Notes under the pieces: generated by a model
Told to the model about the DNA's origin: nothing
Database searches by the model: none
The model's input: the letters and a program-made list of their open reading frames with translations, nothing else
Assembly: GCA_963717145.1 (NCBI GenBank)
Contig: OY970325.1
Location: forward strand, 5,152,001-5,216,000
DNA length: 64,000 nt
Reading direction: 5' to 3'
Source of the DNA: an uncultured Armatimonadetes bacterium
Lineage (GTDB): Bacteria > Armatimonadota > UBA5829 > DTJY01
Position numbers and translations under genes: made by a program
Shown here: one piece after another, positions 56,275 to 64,000 of the stretch
Position numbering within the stretch: position 1 is the first letter of the stretch
Layout of the letters: every line of letters starts with the position of its first letter

Positions 56275-57506
56275 GCAGACTGCGCTGGCTAACGCTTCTT
56301 ACGATTTCCATGGGACTCACCATTCTCTGCCAGAGTCCGTCTCAGGCCATACCCGCTTTCGCGCGGAAGTATGGCTTCATGTGCGGCATGTGCCACGTGG
56401 CATGGCCGCGTCTGAACGACTTCGGGCAGAAGTACCGCATGAATGGCTACAGGATACCCGGCCAGGAGAACACCGAGAAGACCGTCCTCGACATGGCCGG
56501 CATACCCCTCTCTCTGCGGACTCAGGCCGGCTACACCAGCGATAAGTTCTCGCCCAACGGAGCGGAGGGTGAGACCAGTCAGTTCCAGCTCAACGGGCTC
56601 GACGTGCTCGGCGGCGGACTCCTCGGCGAGAATGCAGGCTTCTTCCTCGCGTATCTGCCTCAGATCAACGGGAGCAACGGCGTAGAGCCCCAGGACGCGA
56701 CACTCGAGCAGGCGAACGTGATCTTCAGCGGTTTGAGATCGACGTGGTTGAACGCGAGGATCGGCAAGTTCGAGGGGCAGTACGTGGCATTCTCCGCCCT
56801 GCGCTCGATGACGATCTCGCCCTATGAGATCTATGAGTTCGACGGCTCTCCAGGCGTCTCGGCGGCGGGAACGCGGGGGTCGCTGAACTCGTTCTCGCTG
56901 GCCGGTACGGCTACCGGAGTGGAAGTGACCGGCTGGGGTCGGAGTCCTCTGCAGTACGCGCTCGGCGTCGTCAACGGCTCGGACAGCAACACGTCGGAGG
57001 ACGGGCCTTCGGACGTCTATCTGCGAGGGGCGTATGTCATCGGCGATGGATTCGGTCAGACCGCCGGGACGAGGATCGGCGCGCTGGCATACTTCGGGCA
57101 GGCCAGGCCGACAACCGGCGGCGGGCGGGAGTCATTCCACCGTTACGGGCTCGATGCGACCCTGAACTTCAGCGAGTACAACGTCGACTTCCAATACATA
57201 ACAGGCCGGGACGACGGCGCGTTCAACGATGCCGCTCCGGGGGATGAGTACAAGTTCTCCGGCGGGTTCCTGCAGTTCAACCACTTCGCGATGGAGTCCG
57301 CGCAGTTCGCGCGCCTCGACTGGGTGAACACGCCGTCCGCCGACAACCACGACATCCGTCGGTTCACGATCGGCTGGCGTCAACATCTGGCGCATCCGCT
57401 GATGCTCCAGGTCGAGTATTCCCATCGGAACGTGGACAACGGCGCTGCTCCCGGCCGTGATCTGACCGAGAACTTCGTCGCCGCCCGTGTGGACTGGGCG
57501 TTCTGA
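56271..57506 (+). CDS. Cyc2-like monohaem cytochrome c-porin fusion (outer-membrane beta-barrel)
   Basis: Signal peptide then IPAFARKYGFMCGMCHVAWPRLNDFGQKYRMNGY; amphipathic beta strands; C-terminal ARVDWAF. Confidence 0.8.
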   Translation: MSRLRWLTLLTISMGLTILCQSPSQAIPAFARKYGFMCGMCHVAWPRLNDFGQKYRMNGYRIPGQENTEKTVLDMAGIPLSLRTQAGYTSDKFSPNGAEGETSQFQLNGLDVLGGGLLGENAGFFLAYLPQINGSNGVEPQDATLEQANVIFSGLRSTWLNARIGKFEGQYVAFSALRSMTISPYEIYEFDGSPGVSAAGTRGSLNSFSLAGTATGVEVTGWGRSPLQYALGVVNGSDSNTSEDGPSDVYLRGAYVIGDGFGQTAGTRIGALAYFGQARPTTGGGRESFHRYGLDATLNFSEYNVDFQYITGRDDGAFNDAAPGDEYKFSGGFLQFNHFAMESAQFARLDWVNTPSADNHDIRRFTIGWRQHLAHPLMLQVEYSHRNVDNGAAPGRDLTENFVAARVDWAF

Positions 57507-57534
57507 TCGTTTCTGAGCAGGAGGGATCATCGGC

Positions 57535-60049
57535 TCAACTTCCGACGATCTCGCCGATGTCCTCCTGCTTTCTGACCCTGAGAAGCCGGATGACATGGCC
57601 GTCGGAGTCCTTCTCACAGGAACTGATGCCCGTGACCTTGACGAACCCCGTGGACGGGAAGGTGTATCCCGCCGCCAGGACCTTCAATCCCCGATGGCCC
57701 GATCCGTCGTCGAGCGCCGAGCCGTCATCGACGTAGAAGAACCCGTCGCCCGCGAACGTCACGCTCCCGAACGTCGTCACCAGCAGCCCGATGTTGTTCG
57801 TTCCCACGCCGTCCATGATCCCCGGCGTGTAGAGGTTGAGGCTCGCGCCGCCGAGTACGCCGTTCCGCAGGAGAAGCGATTCCAGGGGTAGGGGAGTCCC
57901 GGTCTCCCCCATGATTGCCTCATCGAGAGTTCTCTCGCCGTCGACGGTCAGCAGCTTGCCGGTCACCGTCATCCTCGACCCGAGAACCGAAGTCGTGGCG
58001 GCATTGACCCTGATCGCCGAACTCCGGTCGAACTCCTGCACCCACGACACCGAGCCGATCTTCGCTGAGAGGATCTTGTCCGTGATACGAACCACGCGCC
58101 CGTCGGCATATCCTTTGGCCGCTGAGACCGTGAGCGGCGTCTCGATGATGGTGATCGTCGGGGATACCGCGAGGCTCGCGTTCAACGAAGTGTCCCTGGC
58201 ATAGATCGGGAAGGCGCAGGTCTCGGGGACAGGCACGTTGTTCCAGGTCGCAACCCCTCCGGAATATGTGCTGGGAGTGAGCGCAGGGCGAACCTCCGCC
58301 AGATCGAAGTTCCCGCCGCCTCCGAGTCCGCTGCAACTCCAACTCAGCTTCAGCGCTATCGTCAACTGCGAAGTCGTGGGCGTGACGATGGCATAGAGCC
58401 TCTTCCACCCGCTGGTGTTGCTCGTCGTGGAGGCAATCGTCGTGCACTGCCCATCGCCGGTCGCCGTCCCGTTCTTCCACTGGAGGAACGCACTGCAGGC
58501 GTTCGGGCTCCCCTGTGTATTGACCCACACCGACAGGAAGTACTTGGTCAGAGCGTTCACGCTCACGACCTGACGAAGCTCGGGGGTCTTGATGCCGCTG
58601 TCGTAGCCGCATGATGTGCCGACCCAGTGCGCGCCGTCTTTGGCCGTGACCGGATTGGGATACGTGCCATCCTGAGCGTATGGCGGACTGCTCGCGTTGA
58701 TCCAACCGCTGAGGCCCGACTCGAAGCTGGGATTCGCGAGCAGATTGGCCGTCTTCACCAGTGCGATGGCGTTCATCGCGATCGCCACGTTGTCGGTCAC
58801 GTTGGCGGTCATGGTGACGGTCCCGCCGGGGAGTACCCACGTCGGCGTCGGGACGATATTGGCGATCGTAGGGGGAGTCGTGTCCTGAATGGCCAGGGTG
58901 AAGTTCGCGCTGGTCGTGTTCCCCTCGGTCACGCTGACCGGAGAACTCGACGGCGCATAACCGGTCTTCGATGCCGTCACGGTATACGACCCGACGTTCA
59001 CGCCCGGCAGCGAGTAGTTGCCGCTCGGGTCGGTATTCGTCGTGTATCCGCCGATGTTGGTGGAGACGGTCGCCCCATCGATCGCCGCGCCGCCGGTCAC
59101 CTTGACCCAGCCGCTGATCGTGCCGGTCGGGGTCGCCCATGTGGACTTCATGTAGTCGGAGACCGTGGCGCTGTTGATCGTCTCGAAGTTCGCCCAGTAT
59201 GGAGAGCCCTGCGCGAAGACGAACACCGCGACGACATTGGGACTGCATCCGGCCCGATAAGCCGCCATCTGGGTGACGTATGCCGACGCCGTCAGCTTGC
59301 CGTTCTCGAGCCAGCCGGAACGACAGAGCGGGTCGTCGCATTCCACGGACGGGTTGCACACGTGATCCGATCCGAACTCGCCGATCGAACCACGGCTTGC
59401 TGCCGAGGAGCGCCGGATGCTGGCCGATCGCGATGTCCCGGTGACGGAATGTGAGCCATGGTGACATGCAGTTCACGTCGAAGTCGAAGTACTCGTGGGT
59501 CTCGATCGCGTCCGCGCTCGCGGCGGCATCGGCGACCTCCGGCTCATCCCACACCGCCGAGTCCGGCCAGCCGACGCCGTATGATCCGTACACGACCATG
59601 CCGGTGAATCCGAGCGCATGAAGCCTGTCGTGGTAGGATCGGAACTGCGCGGAGGTGTGGCGATTGGCGACGCTTCCGTACCAGGGGAACTCGTTGCGGT
59701 AACCGATCGCGGCGGGCTTCACCGCGAGCCCCGATATCTTCGCCCACACGGCATCGGCGTATTGAGTGCCGGTCACGTTGGTGGGAAGGTCGCCGTCATC
59801 CGTGCCGATGGAGGTATCGTAGGGGCGGTAGAAGACCTGAGCGCCGCACGCCTGGGCGGTAGGGATATCGCCTGAGAAGAGGACCTTGATCCACGGCGCG
59901 CCGTTCGCCCACGCCTGAACTCCGCCGCCCCATCCGAGAACGTGCGGGCACAACGGCGGCGCTGCCTGCGAGGGAATCGCCGCAAGGAGAACCAACAGGA
60001 GGATTGCCGGCCGGATATACGTCATCGTTGCGAACCGGGGCTTTGTCAT
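57535..60049 (-). CDS. Large secreted protein: putative clan-A glycoside hydrolase, carboxypeptidase-regulatory-like, CBM-like and conserved C-terminal domains; frameshift near 59386
   Basis: Signal peptide; GYRNE; removing one G gives KPWFIGEFG and joins ORF 57535..59361; NLLANPSFE; start 60049 or 60025. Confidence 0.72.
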
Positions 60050-60107
60050 ACTTGTAAACCGTGGAAACGCACACTGAGGCAGGGAAGCGCTGTTCTTATC
60101 CTCTATA

Positions 60108-60136
60108 AGAATAGCAGAAAATGCCCGTCGCGTCAA
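60108..60136 (-). promoter_or_regulatory. Sigma70 promoter
   Basis: TTGACG-17 nt-TATTCT with extended TG. Confidence 0.6.
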
Positions 60137-60193
60137 GTCCGAGTGAGCCTGTGAGGGTGGCGAGAACGAACCGTCAGGACTGACGTTGTGGGA

Positions 60194-60227
60194 TCCCCAG
60201 CCCTCCCCGCAACGGGAGGGCTGGGGA
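60194..60227. other. 14-bp GC-rich hairpin
   Basis: TCCCCAGCCCTCCC-cgcaac-GGGAGGGCTGGGGA. Confidence 0.6.
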
Positions 60228-60843
60228 GTGTTTCCCCAAAGAAAAGAGCGGAGCACCCATGCGCCCCGCCCCATTCTGACTTCTGACTGGAGTCGCCACC
60301 CCCGGATTGGGATTGGAGACAGGAGCTAAGCACAATCGGGATCGAGAGCCCATGAGCGGTAGTGGGGTGAATGTCGGCAAGGTGCAAAGATAACCGGTGA
60401 ATACACAGGGACAGCTGTCGATGCTGGTGACCGCCAACTACTTCGCCGACCCGACGAACCGCTGGCAGGAGCTGTTCTTCCCGCACATCAGGGGGATTTG
60501 GGAGTCGTCCTGAATGTGAGCTACATCGGAATGGGCCCATCCGTATTGCGCCAAAGTTGCTGACAAGAACATTTTCGCGCTGTGCAGGAACTATCTGGAC
60601 TCAGATGGAAAGAACAGATGGCCTCTTGACAGCATTGCTCTTCTGCAGCCAAGCTCGGGAGGGCTATCAGCCGGATTCTCCGGTTTCATCGTGGCTTTGG
60701 CTGGATAGGGCTGCCGGCGCTTTCGGACTACATAGGGAGTGGCTGGGACGCGGCACGGATAGTGACCACTCTTATCGCCAGTGCTGCCAATCGGTCTGCC
60801 GCAGGAGTATTGCCTGCCAACTCAGAGTCAAGGAGGAAGTATC

Positions 60844-63800
60844 TTGCTTTACCGGACGTTCATACTCATCTGCATCGCTCTACTGCTCGTCTGTGGGATG
60901 ACCTCCGCAGCTAACAACGGTAGTAGCGCCGAAGAACCTCTGTTGCCTGACGGCTGTGTCAAGTATGTAGAGATGGATGCCGTCATCAAGAATGGCAAGA
61001 TCAAGAAGTCGCACGTGAAAAGCTCCAGGGATGGCGGAATTGGCTTGCAGGCAATGCTGAACTGGACACACGTCTGCCCATCTACGGGCGACCCGAAGGG
61101 CATCGCCCTTTGCGTGGACTTCAGCAACAGGCCTGGGACGCAGACGATACAACATTTCAACGACCTGTTCTTCGGCACCGCGCCCGGCGGAAGCCTTACC
61201 GAGTTCTTCCTCGAAGCATCCTACGGCCTGATGGACCTCGACGGTGCAGCGCAGGGCTGGTATCGCATGCCGGAGACCTTCTCCGTATATGAGTCGAGAC
61301 CGGACAGTCTTGCATCCATGATCGTCGATGCGGTAGCTGCGGCCGACGCGGCCGGCACTGACTTCAGCCAGTTCGACAGCGACAGTGACGGATACGTCGA
61401 CGCGCTCATCATACCTATCAGTGTGAGCGCGGGATGGCGTGGTTTTGCCAATCACCTCGATCCGGGAATCCTGGTAGACGGCGTCAGAATCGGCAACGTC
61501 CAGTTTCTGCCAGAGGATAAACCTGCCGTCACATTTGCCCATGAGTTGGGTCACCAGATGGGCTTGCCGGATCTCTATGCGGCTAATCCATATCCCGGCA
61601 ACTGCGCCTATATCGGTGTCTGGTCTCTGATGAGTACGGTGTCCCTTCACGGTCATTTCTCACACCCGGACGCCTGGTGCAAGGTGCAACTGGGATGGAT
61701 ATCGCCGAGCATACCCAGCACGAATCTGACCGCTGTGACCGTACCACCCGTGGAGACCGATCCCGTCGCATACAAGCTATGGAACAACGGAAACACCTCG
61801 GGCGAGTACTTCCTGGTGGAAAACCGCCAGAAGGTTGGTTTCGACACCCAGCTTCCCGGCAGTGGCCTGCTGATCTACCATGTGCTGTCAGACACGGTCA
61901 ACGTGCATCAGTTCATGCATGTGGAGGAAGCCGACGGCAGGTTTGACCTTACGAAATACTACTCTCCGGATGGGGATGGCAGTGACCCATGGCCCGGCAG
62001 TCTGGGGAAGACCAGCTTCGACCCCGTATCAGATCCGAACAGCCTGGCTTGGGGACAATATCATTCCTCTCTAGTCCACTTGAGCGCGATACATACCTCA
62101 GGATCGAACGTGATCGCGGACATATCGGTTACGCTCGATGCCGGCACAGTCCGACCCTACGGAATGGACGTTACTCCTGAAGGGAACGCGCAGCCCGGTA
62201 CATCGGCGCCCATGGAGGACCTGTGTCTACAGACGACCGGGTCGGTGACAATCACAGGTATGGCCATCGAGCGGACGGGGACGGCGACCGATGCCGACGT
62301 TCCATCCGTGGATGTATACGATGACGCGGACCGCGACCGAATCCTGGATGAGGGAGAGACCCTTATCGCATCGTCCAACTTCGCGAACGGGGTTGCATCC
62401 ATAACAGGCCTGTCATACAGCATAACTGGCGGTGGCTGCAGGCATATGCTCGCGGTCTACAACATATCCGCGACGGCGGTGGTCGGCCGCACTCTCGGGC
62501 TGCGGATCGCATCCGGCTCCAGCATCACTGTTGGAGGTACGGAGACAGTGGACGACTTGCTGATGCCGATCCAGTCGCGGAACTTGATTGTGTCGTGGGC
62601 GTTCACGGAGGTAGGATGGCCGATCGAGCACTTGATGAATATGCACGGCATCTCGCCCATAATCGCGGACGTGAACGCCAACGGGTTTGACGATGAGATC
62701 GCCTACACGTGGATCGACCCGCCGAGTATCGTTTCGCCGTGGGCAGACTGGAGGATACGCGTCAAGAGCGGCGTAGACGGCTCCTCCACTATACTTGATC
62801 TGTATCTGAGCGACATCGAGATCACGCATCCCTTGGTAGCAGGGGATGTCGACGGCAACGGTCGTGCGGAGATTATCGCGGTCGATGTAGGGGGCAAGCT
62901 GTATATCTGGAACGGCCGGGGTCAAATGATGCCGGGCTGGCCGCAGTCGGTCTTCGCTCGGGACCTGGCCCTCGCGGACCTGGATGGGGATGGCGCCAAC
63001 GAGATTGTGGCCGGGGCCAATGAGATAGATGAGATGTATGGGACACCCATTGCCGACTCCGGCCGGGTATCCGTATACAGAGGCAACGGAAAGTTGCTCT
63101 GGCGCCGGCATACGGGGGGCACAATGCTCGCGCCCGTTGTAGGCGATATAGATGCCGACGGTGATCCGGAGGTAGTCGCCGTCAGCCAGGAGGGCAAGGT
63201 ATTTGCCTGGAATCACGACGGATCCGCCGTGGACTCCAGAGTATGGCCTATGCAACTGGGATCGCCCGCTTGCGCTCCCATTCTTGCTGATCTCGATGGC
63301 GACGGTTCTCCGGAGATCATCATGGCTGCAGGCGGCGAGGTCCATGCACTCCGGGCCGACGGCTGGTCACCGGCGGGCACTTCATGGCCCGCCACGGTGT
63401 CTGGGTCCGGGATCTCCGGTCTCGCCGCAGGTGAAGTCAGTGAAGAAGCTATGCAGATAGCAGCCACGGCGTCCGATGGTACCGTGTACTTGTTCGGTGC
63501 AGATGGCACTCTTGCCGACGGCGATTGGCCCAATACTTTGGGCGGCGGTGTACAGGGCAGCCCGATCATTGTGGACATCGATCAGGACGGGCTCGGTGAG
63601 ATACTGGTAGCGGCTGGGGACAAGATGCTCTATGGTCTGGACGGCGATGGGAGCGTCAGCCCTGGTTGGCAGTTTCCGCTAAGTAGTGATCCGGGCAGCT
63701 CCACCCCATCGGCGGGAGATGTGGATGGCGACGGACAGATCGAGGTGCTGTTGTCGGATAACGGGCGCACGACGTATCGCTGGGAAATCCGCAGACCCTA

Positions 63801-64000
63801 TGCCAATGAGGCGCTGATATGGCCGACGCTCCAGCAGAGTGCGAGCCATGCTGGTATCGGTCCGGGCGGAAGTGGCCCGGCGGTCGCCAATGCCTACCAC
63901 ACGGACGGCACGCACGTCAACGTGTGGTTCGACGAGCACGTGGATGAGGCATCTGCAGAGAACCCGGGCAACTACGCCATCGATAACGGCGTGACTGTCC
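60844..64000 (+). CDS. M6 (immune inhibitor A-like) metalloprotease with FG-GAP repeats, secreted; partial, runs off the window
   Basis: AAGGAGG RBS, TTG start, signal peptide; DFSQFDSDSDGYVD, HELGHQMGLPDLY (from 61540), WSLM, EYFLVENRQ; repeated D-x-D-G-D-G-x-x-E-I; frame open to the end. Confidence 0.85.
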   Translation, partial: MLYRTFILICIALLLVCGMTSAANNGSSAEEPLLPDGCVKYVEMDAVIKNGKIKKSHVKSSRDGGIGLQAMLNWTHVCPSTGDPKGIALCVDFSNRPGTQTIQHFNDLFFGTAPGGSLTEFFLEASYGLMDLDGAAQGWYRMPETFSVYESRPDSLASMIVDAVAAADAAGTDFSQFDSDSDGYVDALIIPISVSAGWRGFANHLDPGILVDGVRIGNVQFLPEDKPAVTFAHELGHQMGLPDLYAANPYPGNCAYIGVWSLMSTVSLHGHFSHPDAWCKVQLGWISPSIPSTNLTAVTVPPVETDPVAYKLWNNGNTSGEYFLVENRQKVGFDTQLPGSGLLIYHVLSDTVNVHQFMHVEEADGRFDLTKYYSPDGDGSDPWPGSLGKTSFDPVSDPNSLAWGQYHSSLVHLSAIHTSGSNVIADISVTLDAGTVRPYGMDVTPEGNAQPGTSAPMEDLCLQTTGSVTITGMAIERTGTATDADVPSVDVYDDADRDRILDEGETLIASSNFANGVASITGLSYSITGGGCRHMLAVYNISATAVVGRTLGLRIASGSSITVGGTETVDDLLMPIQSRNLIVSWAFTEVGWPIEHLMNMHGISPIIADVNANGFDDEIAYTWIDPPSIVSPWADWRIRVKSGVDGSSTILDLYLSDIEITHPLVAGDVDGNGRAEIIAVDVGGKLYIWNGRGQMMPGWPQSVFARDLALADLDGDGANEIVAGANEIDEMYGTPIADSGRVSVYRGNGKLLWRRHTGGTMLAPVVGDIDADGDPEVVAVSQEGKVFAWNHDGSAVDSRVWPMQLGSPACAPILADLDGDGSPEIIMAAGGEVHALRADGWSPAGTSWPATVSGSGISGLAAGEVSEEAMQIAATASDGTVYLFGADGTLADGDWPNTLGGGVQGSPIIVDIDQDGLGEILVAAGDKMLYGLDGDGSVSPGWQFPLSSDPGSSTPSAGDVDGDGQIEVLLSDNGRTTYRWEIRRPYANEALIWPTLQQSASHAGIGPGGSGPAVANAYHTDGTHVNVWFDEHVDEASAENPGNYAIDNGVTV

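Noticed and set aside
56271-57506. Calling the organism an iron oxidiser
   Set aside because: A Cyc2-like motif alone is insufficient; divergent homologues occur in organisms not shown to oxidise iron

Overview
High-GC bacterial window, probably Armatimonadota (inferred from protein architectures, not proven), dominated by polysaccharide and sugar catabolism. It encodes five sulfatases, GH2-, GH5-, GH39-, GH42-, GH43-, GH99- and GH106-like hydrolases, four beta-helix proteins, two carbohydrate ABC systems without ATPases, an RhaT-type symporter, a fucose-isomerase-like protein, a class II aldolase and two UroD-family proteins. The most striking accessory unit is a coupled two-gene operon (55207-57506) with a di-haem cytochrome c peroxidase/MauG-family protein and a Cyc2-like monohaem cytochrome-porin fusion. 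Also present are a RAYT transposase bracketed by four cognate REPs, several unrelated long palindromes, short 7/9/28-bp repeat families, secreted proteins sharing a probable lineage-specific C-terminal domain, and a partial M6 protease/FG-GAP gene missing from the ORF track. About 11 frameshifts in 7 genes look like long-read consensus errors. No rRNA, tRNA or CRISPR array was seen.
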